Of a stretch of 64,000 nt of DNA, positions 13,701 through 26,419 are shown one piece after another. Position 1 is the stretch's first letter. Every line of letters begins with the position of its first letter. Under the pieces are notes generated by a model. That model worked only from the letters and a program-made list of their open reading frames with translations. It was not told the origin of the DNA and made no database searches. The DNA is from Azolla caroliniana. Its lineage: Eukaryota > Plantae > Polypodiophyta. Location: positions 9,362,001-9,426,000 of the forward strand of contig JBHGNT010000015.1 of NCBI GenBank assembly GCA_043228905.1. The letters are read 5' to 3'. Position numbers and translations under genes: made by a program.

Positions 13701-15109
13701 CAGCAAGGGGGTGGCATCTTCACCAGATGGACGTGAACAATGCATTTCTTCAAGGCGATCTTGAAGAAGAGGTCTTTATGACCCAACCCCCCGGTTTCCA
13801 GCCAGGGATGAACAAGTCAGTGGTATGCCGCTTGAAGAAGTCACTTTATGGCCTGAAGCAAGCCCCCCGAGCTTTGAATGCCAAGATCACACACCGGTTG
13901 CGTAAGATGGGGTTTGCGGCCTCAGGGTCTGACTCTTCGTTGTTCATTCGGCAAGGTCCGGACGGTCCGGTTTGCATCTTGTTGTATGTTGATGATCTGG
14001 TCATCACCGGACCCGGATTCGATGAAATCAACCGAGTCAAGACCCAGCTATCGGACGCATTTGAGATGAAGGACTTGGGGGACCTTCACTATTTCCTTGG
14101 GATCGAGGTGATCCAAACCCCCGACGGCATATTGCTCTCACAAAGACACTAGGTGTTGAATATGTTGTTCAAGTTCGGCATGAAGGAATGCCGCCCGATC
14201 TCCACACCCCTGGACTGGAACTAGAAGCTCCGTCCCGACTCCAGACTGGCCTACGATGAGAAGCGGTTCCGACAAATTGTCAGAAGCGGCACGAAGGAAC
14301 AGGGACTGTTATACCGGCATGGTATAACCGAAGAGCTAGTCGGGTACACCGATGTCGACTGGGCCGGCGATTCATCGGATCGCCAATCCACCTCCGGCTA
14401 TATGTTTTCCCCGTGTAGCGCGCTTGTTGCGTGGAGCAGCAGAAAGCAACCAACAGTGGCCCTTTCAAGCACTGAGTCTGAATAACGGGGCATTATCATT
14501 GCCAATTGTGAAGCCATTTGGCTTCGGTGACTGCTGCAAGACCTGCGAATCGAGGTGCCGACCCCGATCCTGATCTATTGTGACAACATAAGCAGCATGC
14601 AACTCACCAAGAACCCCGTGTTCCATGCTCGGACAAAGCACATAGAAGTTCATTACCACTTCGTGCGTGAGCGGGTCCTGAGCGGTGAAGTCGAACTTCG
14701 GTATGTTCATATGGATCGGCATGTTGCCGACATCTTCACGAAGCCACTTAGATCGGACAAGTTGCACCACTTCACCGAAATTCTTGGTGTTCAGTATCTC
14801 GACGAGCCACACTTGTGGGGGAGAACGGGCAAAGACACTGGAATGGGCAAAGGCAAAGAAACTGTTGATTGCGCCGGTGAGGGAAGAACCGAAAGAGGGA
14901 GAGACAAGAAGAAGAAAGGAGCCGAGTCAACAAAGGAAGTTGACACATCCGAACAAGTCGGAACAAGCGACAACGGTGACATGGTCAAGAAGGACAGAGC
15001 CGATCGGAAGAAGAAGGACAAGACCCGGACATGGTCCAATGTGGTGAAGGGCCTAGAACCTGAAGACGAATCGGGAGTGACCGATTCAGACAAGAGCTGG
15101 AACGAATAG
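10737..15109 (+). pseudogene. gag-pol of copia C with in-frame C-terminal extension after RNase H
   Basis: gag (EKLNRNNYASW), PR (WYVDSGASNH), INT (HSDVWGP, EQNGVAE), RT (QMDVNNAFL, LYVDD), RH (ARTKHIEV, ADIFTK). Multiple stops and frameshifts. Confidence 0.92.
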
Positions 15110-15448
15110 AAGACAGTTGATTCGGTTCAGCAGATGGATTCAGAAGAATCGGATCAATTCAAGGCCAAGAGGACAAGAAGGCAGCAAAAGTTAACGCCAA
15201 CACGAAGGAATCGGCGAATCGATAAGCGCCGAAGTCACAGCAGTGAGGGAGCTAATTTGGGCTTGTTGAGCTGACAAGCCGACTGAGGAGGTCGAGGTGC
15301 GCAGAAACAGAAGGGTCGCAGCAAACAGGACCGGACTGGACGAGGAGCACGAGCGAAGCAGAGTGATGCCAGAAGGAGCCGGGTGGAAGGACCGGCTGGC
15401 ATGGAGACTTACACTACGATCCGACCTCAAGTTGAGCTTGAGGGGGAG

Positions 15449-15789
15449 TGTTGAGCGGCAAGCTCAACCGGATCCGGATCAGCTGAATATGATCCGGAAG
15501 GATGAGCCAGATCGATGAGCCGGATCAGTGAGCCAGTGAGCAAGTGAGCCGGTTAGCCGGATCCATCAGTAACCGGAAGCATAGTAGTAGCCGAGGCTAC
15601 TAGGTAGTTAATGTCTCGTAGTTAGTGTCACACGCTCGTGTGAGCATTGAAGTACACCATACTTTTGTCAGTCCGTATGGACTTGTATAAAAGTGTTCCC
15701 TAAACATATACAATGTACAAAGTATTACAAAGAACTATTATTGGTTTGTAATAGATTTTTAACTTGCTTCTGTACGTTGTTTCTTTACA
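15449..15789 (+). repeat. 3' LTR of copia C
   Basis: Preceded by the PPT; matches the 5' LTR with scattered substitutions and indels. Confidence 0.92.
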
Positions 15790-15929
15790 CGTTCTCACTC
15801 TCTCACTCTGATACAATGCACATACTCTTTGTCTCTTTGTTACTCATCACTCTATACAATGTTAGGAATTCACTTATATACTAAGCCCTAACTTATTGAT
15901 GAGTTCACACCTGGACGGATACAACTTGG

Positions 15930-16787
15930 AAGGAGTTGGCCTTTTATGCCAACACGGAAGACTGTCGACATCATCACCAAGCCCCTTGGTCTCGACAAGT
16001 TGTGACAAATCTCGGGTGCGCTTGGTTTGTGGCACCGCGACGTGCGAAACTTGAGGGGGAGAATAGATCGGGAAAGGGAGCATGAAAGGAGCGAGCGGAT
16101 GTGACAGCGAAGCTGAGTTGGATGAAGAATTCGATTTCGGGTCGGCTGAAGAAGCCCAGAAACACAGAGTTGGCCAAACAAGAGGGAGTTGAAGCCAAGA
16201 AGGGCGAGATGGCCAAGACCAAGACATGGTCTGATGTGGTTACGGGCCTGAAGACAGATGATGAATTGGAGACAGTCAATTCTGTCAAGAGCGGAAACGA
16301 ATCGGAGACAGTTGATTCGGTTCAAATGTTCAATTCAGCATCCCCAAATCAACTGAAGGCCAAGCAGAGGAAAGGGCGCAAAAGAGGCGCCAGCACCATG
16401 ATAGCAAGGGAGCTGAGCAAGGCCGCACGAGTAGACAAGCCGACTGAAAGGGTCGAGGCACGTGGAATCTAACGGGTCGAGCAACGCGAGCGAGGCGTGA
16501 AGCGAGGATCTACAGGAGCAGGCGGAACCTCAAGCTGAGCTTGAGGGGGAGTGTTGAGGTACAAGCTCAACATTGGGTGCGTAAACCAATGGGTAGACTA
16601 GGTGCGTAAACCGATTGCGCAACGAGACGTCGTAGCGGTGCGTAAACCGGGAGGCCGTTGGATAGATATTCCGCAAAGGAATATATTTTGGGAGTTAGTG
16701 TGTAGGCTCATTGATGAGCATTGAATTATGTGTCAGTATTTGAGTCAGTCCGTATGGACTTGAATAGAGTTTTAGAGCATTGTTTTG
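15930..16787 (+). mobile_element. 3' fragment of copia D (RNase H end, 3' extension, PPT, partial 3' LTR from 16552)
   Basis: DIITKPLGLDKL-like RH end; GAGGGGGAG PPT then TGTTGAGGTACAAGCTCAAC. The LTR is homologous to that of element G and is interrupted by E at 16788. Confidence 0.8.
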
Positions 16788-17088
16788 TGTTGAGAATCAA
16801 GCTCAACATAGTCTAATGTGTAAACACATCCTTGAGAGTGTATGCACACTCAAAGGTCAAAAGTCACACCACTACTCTCTACACATTAACTATGTATCAT
16901 AGAATCATATTCTATGACACATAACTAATGAGTTTCCAAATTCCCCATGACTCATGAGCTTTGGTAGTTAATGAATAGAGAGAGTGACTATATAAAGCAC
17001 TCTCCTCCTACTTTGTAACATGTCGGTTAATCTCCTTTGTAATATACAATCTTCTTGAGTATTTTTTTCTATTATCTATCTTATGTTT

Positions 17089-17122
<34 letters not shown>

Positions 17123-19115
17123 TAATACACATCTCTAACCTATTCCGCGACACAAGAATCACCATCGATTCTTTACATGGTATTAGAGTGGTTTGGTAGC
17201 TCGATCTAGCCCATCTGCGTGTGTTGTGCTCTACGTCCAAACCAGGTATCATCTGAAGCGGACACCAAACAAGAGAGAACCGAATACCGTCAAAACCGAT
17301 GAGCTTTGCTGAAGCCGCTAAAGATCCTCGATGGGTCGAAGCTATGAATGAGGAGATGCAAACTCTTAGTAAGAACGAGACATGGGATCTCGTCCCTCAC
17401 TCACCACACAAGAAGGCAATCGGTTGTAGATGGATATACAAAGTGAAGTATAATGCCGACGGTTCCGTCAATTGCTACAAAGCTCGACTCGTAGCAAAGG
17501 GCTACACACAAACACAGGGAGTCGACTATGAAGAGACCTTTGCCCCGATGGCAAAGATGACAACCGTGCAGATCGTGATAGTGCTTGCTGCAGCGAATGG
17601 GTGGCACCTCCACCAGATGGATGTCAAGAACTCCTTTCTTCAAGGAGAATTAGAAGAGGAGGTGTACATGGTACAACCACCCGGCTTCGAATCCAATATT
17701 CATTCAAAAGTCATGTGCCAGCTCAAGAAGCCTCTCTACGACCTTAAACAAGCACCACATGCTTGGCACTTGAAGATAACACTATCTTCATCGAATCGGC
17801 TTCCAAATGTCCAAATCCAACAATTCTCTCTATGTAAGAAGCGATTCTGGAAGTCTGATTGCCATCATCCTATACGTGGATGATCTGGTCATTGGAGGTG
17901 AGCATCTAGTCGACATCAACAAGGTCAAGTCTCTCCTCTCCAGCAAATTCGTGATGATGGACAGGAAAGAGTTCCATTACTTCCTTGGCATTGAGCTAAT
18001 CCGGACTCCAACTGGAGTAATGATCTCTCAACGGCACTACATACTCAACTTGTTATACAAGTTCGGGATGACCGAGTGTAAATCTATGGCAACCCCTCTC
18101 GATCAAAACTTCAAACTGGATGCCAATTCTGGCACCACAAAGTGTGAGCCAACATTCTATTGACAACTTGTTGGTAGTCTCATCCACCTCACGCTCGCTC
18201 GACCCGACCTGAGCTATCCGGTCGACCTCCTTAGCCAATTCATGCAAACTCCACAAGATATCCATTTGGATTGTGCTAAGCGAGTGCTACGATATGTGAG
18301 TAGAACGATAGACTATGGTATTCTCTATAAGTTGGCCACTCTAATTCAACTCGAAGGGTACACATATGCCAACTGGGCCAGCTACAAAGCCAATTGACGA
18401 TCAACCTCTAGTTTCATATTTGCCCTCAGAAGTGGAGCCATCTCCTAGAGTAGCAAAAAGCAACCCACCGTCACTATTTCGAGCACAGAGGCCGAATACA
18501 AGGGCACGGCGGTGGCTGCATGTGAAGCCGTATGGCTCATGTGGATATTGAAAGATCTGGGTGTTACCATCAAAGATCTGATTCCCCTTTACTGTGACAA
18601 CATGAGCAATATTCATCTGGCTCGGAACCCGGTGTTCCACGCATGCATGAAGCATATCGAAGTGCACTATCACTTCATTCGAGAGCGCGTTCAAGCTGGA
18701 GATGTCGACCTTCAACACATCAACACGAATCTTCAGACAACCGACATCTTCACCAAAGCCCTAGGAGCCGACAAGCTTCGGCAATTCATGTCAGACCTTG
18801 GATTGATGATCCCTGACTTGCCAAGCTTGAGGGGGAGTACATCCAAACCTGGTATCAACCGAAGGGGACATCAAACAAGAGAGAACTGAATACCGTCCGA
18901 ACCGGGTACCAGCCGAAGCGGACAAGCCGACCAAAGTTGAGCTTGAGGGGGCGTGTTGAGAATCACGCTCAACCGAGTCTAATGTGTGAACACACCCTTG
19001 AGAGTGTATGAACACTCAAAGCTCAGAAGTCACACCACTACTCTCTACACATTAACTATGTATCATAGAATCATATTCTATGACACATAACCAATGAGTT
19101 TTCCACATTCCCCAT
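16788..19115 (+). mobile_element. Internally deleted copia E (LTR-PBS-RT/RH-PPT-partial LTR; no gag, PR or INT)
   Basis: 5' LTR 16788-17177, PBS TGGTATTAGAG 17178-17188, RT/RH fragments 17299-18889. The 3' LTR starts at 18954 and is truncated near 19115. Same LTR family as I, M and N. Confidence 0.88.
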
Positions 19116-19119
19116 GGTT

Positions 19120-22100
19120 TTTAAAACACCTTTGTGTTACCATAGTAACCTGATCTTGAACCTCATCTCATACATCTAGAGGGGTATTGACATGAGATCA
19201 TGATATCGATTAATGTTTGCTCATGATATGTTTACATCACAACATAATGTTATAACTATTTGTCTGACCTTATCCTCTTTCTTTGCCAAAAATTATCATT
19301 TAATGGCTCATAATAACGACCCAATGTCATCCGCTCAAGCGGAACGAATTCAAGGAAATCCTCCTGGGTCAATCCCCATTGAATTGTATTTTATACAAAT
19401 AGAAAATTTCCTTAATTCAACCACGCATCATATGTCCGAACTTCGGCAATCTCATAGTGCTCTCGAGGCACGTGTCATTAGTTTACAATGTGATACTAAT
19501 AGACCCGATGAGCGTCAGGGTGAACCATCGTTTGTCGTAAACCATTTACAGGAGATAAAAAGGAAAGAACTGAAGAAGCAATATTCACGTGGTTGGGCCG
19601 ATGAGAGTCTAATTTTTGAGCTCTATCCCAAGCCAGATAGTACGAAGCTTGCATATGTCGGCTGAGAAGTAGGGGGTAAGGCCGCCACCTGGTGGCATGG
19701 GCTCCACACTTTGGGAAAATTGCCCGATACCTGGATAGAATTTGTCACAATTTTCAAGGGCCAATTTTTGCAACCTCCATCTCAAACTAAAGTAGCAGAA
19801 GCTTTAATGAACCTCTCTAGCAAGATGTTTTCCTCGCTAGAAGACTATGTTCACCATGCTAGAACCCCAATTTGGACTATCACTTGATAGTGGACGATAC
19901 GGATTCCAAATCCTTTGAAGAGGCCATTGAAATAGTTCTTCGCTATCAACGCACTTCGAAGAAGGACCATAACAAACCCAACGAAACGTTGGGGACCAAG
20001 CAGTCGCAATTCATTGGGAAATGCAAGACACCCAACGAATTCATGGATCGTGATTGTAAGCGACAAAATCCTTTTTGCATATTCTGCAAAAAGAAGGGTC
20101 ATACAAAAGAGCAATGTCGAAAGCTCCAACGGAAAGGGCACAACAACAGAACAAAAGTTGCTAACCATAAAGGTCAGATTCTTGATGTCCTTGAGGTCTA
20201 TACACATCATTTAAGTAATTGTAAATGTTCTATAAAAAAATAAGTGCAGAAGCTTAATAGACACAACCAGGTAACAACATACAAAAGACAAAGAGACAAG
20301 GAAGATGAGGAAGGTTTAATGGAAAGCTTAATCAACACAGCTTACACGGGAGAGACAGAGAGAGAGAACACAAAAAACTCTATTTCAAAAATAATACTCT
20401 AAAACTCTGTACATAGGATGTGGTCACAGAGCACTTTTATACAAGTCCATACGAACTGATAGAAGTACTGACTCATACTTCAATGCTCATCAATGAGCCT
20501 ATACCCTTACTCCCAAAATATATTCCTGGGCGGAATATCTATCCAACAGCCTCCTGGTTTACGCACCCCTACGACCTCTCATTGCGCACCCGATTTCCAT
20601 ACCCAATCTACGCATTGGTTTACACACCAGTTTATGCACCCAATGTTGAGCTTGCATCTCAACACTCCCCCTCGAGGTCAACTTGAGGTTCCGCTTGCTC
20701 TTCTGGATCTTCGCTCCGGCTTCTCATGGCTTCACGCCTCGCTCACGCTCCTCGACCCGTTCGCTTCCGTGCGCCTCGTCCCTTTTGGTCGGCTTGTCTG
20801 CTCGTGCGGCCTTTCTTAGCTCCCTTGTTGTCGCGGAGTTGGCGCCTCTTCCGTTGCCCTTTCCTCCGCTTGGCATTTCAATTGATTCGGCATCTCCGAA
20901 TCAAACATTTGAACCGAATCGGTTGTCTTCGATTTGTTTCTACTCTTGCCCGAATCGGCTGACTCCAATTTGTTTCCTGTCTTTAGGCCCTTAACCACAT
21001 CAGACCATTTCTTGGTCTTGGCCTTCTTGTCCCTCTTGGCTTCATTGCCTCCTTGTTCAGCTGACTCCAGCTCTTTCCTTCGATTGCGGCCCTTGTTTCC
21101 GCCTTCGGCTTCTTCAACTAACCAAAAATCGAATTCTTCATCCAACTCGGCTTCGTGGTCACTTCCGCTCCTTTCCTACTCCCTTGCCTGATCTTTTCTC
21201 CCCCTCAAGTTCGGTACGTTGAGGTGCCGCCATCCAAGCGCACCCGAGAATTGCTGCAACTTGTCGAGACCAAGAGGCTTGGTGAAGATGTCGGCAATCT
21301 GTTGATCAGTTGGAATATATGCTAGTTTGACTTCACTGGAGAGGACATGTGCGCAAACAAAATGGTAGTGCATCTCAATATGCTTGGTCCCGGCATGGAA
21401 GACGGGGTTCTTCGCAAGTTGGATGTTGTTGAGGTTGTCGCAGTAGATCGTCGTCGGAGCGGACACCTCCACCTACAAATCCTTGAGTAGCCTCTTGAGC
21501 CAAATGGCTTCGCATGTTGTGACAACCACTCCTCGATACTCAGCCTTCGCGCTCCACAGTGCAACTGTCAACTACTCCAGGCGATCGCGGCGCTCCCAAG
21601 TGAGAAAGCAAACCCATATGTGGATCTACGATCATCGGCGTTTCAGACCCAATCGGAATCCGAGTAGCTGACAAGAAGTGCGGCAATACCGGTCCGATAT
21701 AGCAGTGCCCTATCCTTAGTGTTGCGGACATAGCGCAATATCCTTTGTGCACACTGAAGGTGTTCCGTTGTGGGCTATGACATAAATTGACTGATCAGGA
21801 TGACTGGGTAATTGAGATCCCGCCGAGTGATCGTCAAATAAATTAGGTTGCCGACAATATGTTGGAACTGTGTCGGGTCGCACGCCTTTCCCGAATCTCG
21901 ACGAAGCTTGACGTTTCTATCTAGAGGATTTGAGATGGACTTACAGTCTGCTATCCCAAACTTGAAGAGCATACTCAACACGTAATGTTGTTGGCTGATC
22001 AATATGCCTTTGGGGGTGCGGATCACTTCGACGCAGGGGCTACGTGATCTTGACATTCCACGCGTGCGGGGCTTGTTTTAGTCTGTCGAGGGACTTTTTC

Positions 22101-25100
22101 CGTCCGCATACCATCGAGGTGTTCTTTCTGAACTGAAATACGGGGGGTTGTACCATGTACACCTGTTCCTCAAGTTCCCCTTGCAGGAACACATTCTTTA
22201 CATCCATCTGATGTAAATGTCAGCCCTTTACCACGGCTACCGCAAGCAGGACAATGGATGGTTGTCATCTTCGCGACCGGCGCAAAGGTCTTATCATAAT
22301 CGATGTCGTGTCGTTGTGTGTATCCCTTCGCCACTAACTGGGCCTCACAACGGTTGAAAGAGCCATCAATGTTATTCTTGACCTTGTACACCCACTTGCA
22401 TCCAATCGTCTTTACACCCTTCAATGCATCAACCAAGTCCCAGGTTTCATTTTCCGTTAATGTGTGCATCTCTTCCTCCATTGTGGCATGCCAATTTGCG
22501 TCCTTCACCATTTCTGTGTAGCTCTCCAGATCACACACTTCTGCCACACGTGTCATGTCCGCATAATGATGTGCCATGTACTCGTTGTAGCCGAACCGCA
22601 TCACGGGGTTCTTGTGGCGGGTAGATTGGCCTAATTGCTCATTAACCGATTTTGAGGCCCTCTTGGCCGACGCGGACTTCGTTTCCTAAGTTCCGCCTTC
22701 GTTACTCTCAGAGTCAGATACGCTTTGATCCGACTCGTCTTTATCAATGTCGTACTCCAACATTGTCTTCTTTCCCTTCTCTTTGCGTGTAAACCACCGT
22801 CTCCTCGGCTTCCCGCGGGGAATGCATGGCCGAGTCTCCACTACTTGTTAGCTTTGTGTTTGACTGGTCATGCCGACTAAGTCGCTCATTTAGCCCACTT
22901 AGCCTGAATGAGATCGAACTTTCGTCAAGAGCTCCGATGTCTCCTTCGTCCCGAGGCATTTCAGCCTCGTTGACCTCTTCGTAAGAGATCGAAATGGAGT
23001 CGTCAGGGGTTGGAGGTGAAGGCAAGTACCACGGCATGGACTCGTCGAACACAACATCATGACTTTTGCGAGATTGTTTGGTTCGAGGGTTATAACACTT
23101 ATAACCCTTTTGTTCGTCCGAGAGGCCAACCAAGATACACTTCTCGACTCTGGTGTCTAGCTTCCTCAGTTTCTCCTTTGGCACATGCACATACGTGATG
23201 TTATTGAAGACCCTCAAGTGTGCCAAGTTCGGCTTCTTCTTGAAGTACAACTCATGTGGCGACACTCCTCCATTGGTAGATGCCCGATTCTGGAGGTAGA
23301 TGGCTATTCTTATCGCTTTGGCCCAATAGATCTTCGACAGATGCTTCTTTTCAAGCATTGTCCTTGCCGCCTCATCTACTGTCTGATTCTTCCTCTTGGC
23401 CACGCCGTTCTACTGGGGCGTGTAACTACACGAGAATTCGCGTCCAATTACTTCCTTTTTGTAGATAACTCGAGAACTGGTCGTGGAAGTACTCCTTCCC
23501 GCTATTGGACCTTAGGCACTTGATCTTTCGCCCAGTTTCCCTTTCCGCAAGGTTCGTCACCTTCAGGAAACACGCAAAGATTTCGCTCTTTTTTGTGATC
23601 AAGCACGCCCAAGTGTGCCGAGTGAAGTCATCGATGAGGGTTACAAAGTAACGGCTTACTCCGATGCTCATGTTCTCTGCCGGTCCGCATACATCCGAAT
23701 AGAGGAAGTAGACTTCCATGTAATGAATATTTGTACCACTGATGTAATACTGGGTTATCCCTGGTTTTATAATAAAAACTCTTCTTTGTCTATTGATTGG
23801 GTTCACCATTACATTTCCTTTGTACTGAACGATTGTACTCATTTTATTCAATGTGTAAATAAACAATCTCTTTCGATTGTTTCCTCTCGATCAAAATCCG
23901 AGTTGTCTTGTTCTTCTTTATTTTATTATGTACTTGATCCGAACATTCACGTTTATAATATCGATAATGTCTCGGGTCAATGATCATATTTTGAACAACA
24001 ACAACTCGATGAAATCCTAAATGATTTTTGTGATGTTTTTTCGGGTGAACTACCACATGGGTTACCTCCTAAACGTAATATAGACCATCGCATAGATATT
24101 GTACTTGGTGTTGCACCAATAAGTATACCTCCTTATCCCTTAAGTTGATCCGAAGAGGATGAGGTATCTAAGCAACTCAAGGACTATTTATGAATAACTT
24201 ATATACATTATAGTAAATCTCTATGGAGTGCACCTGTTCTCTTGGTAAAAAAGAAAGAGGGCACATGTTGTATGTGTATTAATTACCGACACTTGAATAA
24301 AGTGACGATCAAGAATTCATATACATTGCCTCGGGTTGACGATCTAATTGACCGTCTCCAGGGAACTGAGTATTTTACGAAACTTGATCTCAGTACGGGC
24401 TACCATCATGAAGATGTTCCTAAAACGGCATTTCATATGCTCTATGGGCATCATGAATTTTTTGTTAAGCCTTTCGGTTTGACCAGCACGCTCCGGCCAC
24501 ATTTCAACAAGAACTGAATGACATTTTCTGAGATCAACTTGGAAAATTTGTCATTATTTTCTTGGATGATATTCTAGTTTATAGCCATACATTAGAAGAA
24601 CGTGCTAAACATGTCTACTTTGTTTTACAAACATTACATGACAAATAGTTTTACGTATAGATCTCAAAATGCAAGTTCTTGAAGAAATCAATTATTTATC
24701 TTGGACATCACATAACCGAACGAGAAGTTGAAATTGATTGTTGTCGCATTGAGAAAATCAAACTTTGGCCCACTCTTCGGAATATTCGAGAAGTTCGATC
24801 ATTCCTTGGTTTTGTCGGGTTTTTGCGAAAATCTCTTCGTAATTACTCCCAATTGATGATGTCGTTTATTGATCTTCTCAAAGGACAAATGCGTAAGTCT
24901 ACAAAACCTATTGTGTGGAATGCTACACTAGACCTCTCCTTTAAGGAACTCAAGGACCTGGTGTGCAAGGCTCCTTCGCTTCTTTTACTAAATCCTTCAA
25001 AACCTTTTCAGGTTGAAACTGATGCAAGTGATTACGCTATAGGTGTCATCCTATATCAAGACAGTAAACCAATAGCATTCAAGACTAAGAAACTTGATTC

Positions 25101-25664
25101 TGCTCAGTGTCAATATACCATGGAAGAAAAGTAATTATTTGTAATTATTCATGCGCTCAAGACATGGTGCCATTATCTTTATTGAAATCTTTTTGTAGTA
25201 ACTACGGACCACGAGTCCTTATAATATTTTTATGACCAACAAGACCTTAAAGGTCGTAAGGTAGGATGGGCAGATCTCATCTAGGACTTTGATTTTTCCA
25301 TATGATATCGTAAAGGTTCCATGAACACTGTCACCAATGCACTAAGTCGCATCTGTGATGTTAACATGCTTAATTTCACTGAAATAACATCATATCTTTA
25401 TGATCACCTACGAGGAAAGTATCCTGATGACAGTTATTTTGCGAAATATTGGGCAAGAGTTGAGTCTAGAACAAACACCACCACATCCTCGAAGGAATAC
25501 TTCCACATTGCTAACGGTTTGCTCTACCGTAATGGGAAGATTTGTGTTCCAAATTTGCCTGAGGTCGAAAAAAGAATTCTTTTTTAATGTCAGGATGCAC
25601 CCTCAACAGGGCACCCTGGAATACATCGTACACTCGTTCTCATCTCCACTCAATTCTATTCGCC
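19120..25664 (+). mobile_element. Degenerate Ty3/gypsy F (chromovirus-like pol), split by copia G
   Basis: gag 19300-20219 (AATWW, CIFCKKKGHTKEQC); PR C-half from ~23700 (DVILGYPWF); RT ~24050-24660 ([13 protein letters not shown]); RH (ETDASDYAIG); INT start ~25590. No LTRs recognised. Confidence 0.8.
20220..23700 (-). mobile_element. 5'-truncated copia G (INT-RT-RH, 3' extension, PPT, 3' LTR)
   Basis: 3' LTR 20220-20664 (minus TGTTGAGATGCAAGCTCAAC...TTTACA), PPT 20665-20673, RH 21176-21472, RT pieces, INT 22744-23700 cut at HSDVCGP. Confidence 0.88.
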
Positions 25665-26418
25665 TAGATCGTCGTCAGATCGGACACCTCCATCTACAGA
25701 TCCTTCAATAGCCTCTTGAGCCATATGGCTTCGCATGTCACGACAATCGCTACTCGATATTTGGCCTTGGTGCTCGACAGTGCTACTGTTGGCTGCTTTT
25801 TATTGTTCTAGGTGATTGTGGCACTTCTAAGTGAAAACGCATTTCTGGCCCTATCGGCATCCATGTAGCCGACTAATTGTTCGGAAACACCGGTCCTATA
25901 TAGCAAGCCCTGTCCTTAGTGTTGCTAACATACCAGAGTATTCGTTGCACGCACCGAAGATGCTCTATGGTCGGCTACGACATGAACTAACTGATCAAAA
26001 CGACCGAATAGTTGAGGTCATGTCGGGTGATGGTCTAGTATATAAGGCTTCTAACTATCTGTCGGAACCGTTTTGGATTGCATCAAAGAGGAGTTGGGAC
26101 GAATTTGCACTCCGTCATCTTGAACTTGAAGAGCATACTCAACACATAATGCCAGTAGCTGATCAATATGCCTTCGCGGGTGCGGATCACTTCAATCCCG
26201 AGAAAGTAATGAAGTTCCCTAGGTCCTTCATGTCGAACGATGCCACTAGCTAGGACTTGACGCGGCCGATGTCCTCTTGGTCGGCATCGGCGATGACAAA
26301 ATCGTCAACGCAAAGTAAAATACTAACCGACCCATTTCGACCTTTCCGGATGAAGAGTGAAGAGTCCGACTTTGATGTGGCAAACCCCATCCGAGGTTGC
26401 ATGATCTTTGCGTTCGAG
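25665..26418 (-). pseudogene. Copia RT/RNase H fragment (C/D/G clade)
   Basis: SLFIRKGRNGSVSILLCVDD, and sequence homologous to 21445-21720. No LTR or TSD. Confidence 0.8.
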
Positions 26419-26419
26419 G

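Larger units (their letters stand above)
10320..15789 (+). mobile_element. Full-length, degenerate Ty1/copia element C
   Basis: LTRs 10320-10653 and 15449-15789 (TGTTGAG...TTTACA), PBS TGGTATCAGAG 10654-10664, PPT AGGGGGAG 15441-15448. Flanks CATTT/CGTTC may be a decayed TSD. Confidence 0.93.
6182..15920 (-). mobile_element. Ty1/copia element B (Tnt1/Tork-like), degenerate; gypsy A is inserted in its RNase H and copia C in its 5' LTR
   Basis: gag-PR 8748-9995 (CTHCRKAGH, WLLDSGATFH), INT 7600-8708, RT 6329-7469 (QMDVKTTFLHG). Met PBS at 10166-10177. The LTR starts at 10180 and appears to resume at 15790 after C; its right end is approximate. Confidence 0.82.

Noticed and set aside
19116-19212. 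LTR end and PBS for gypsy F
   Set aside because: No convincing TGG-initiated PBS and no partner LTR in the window.
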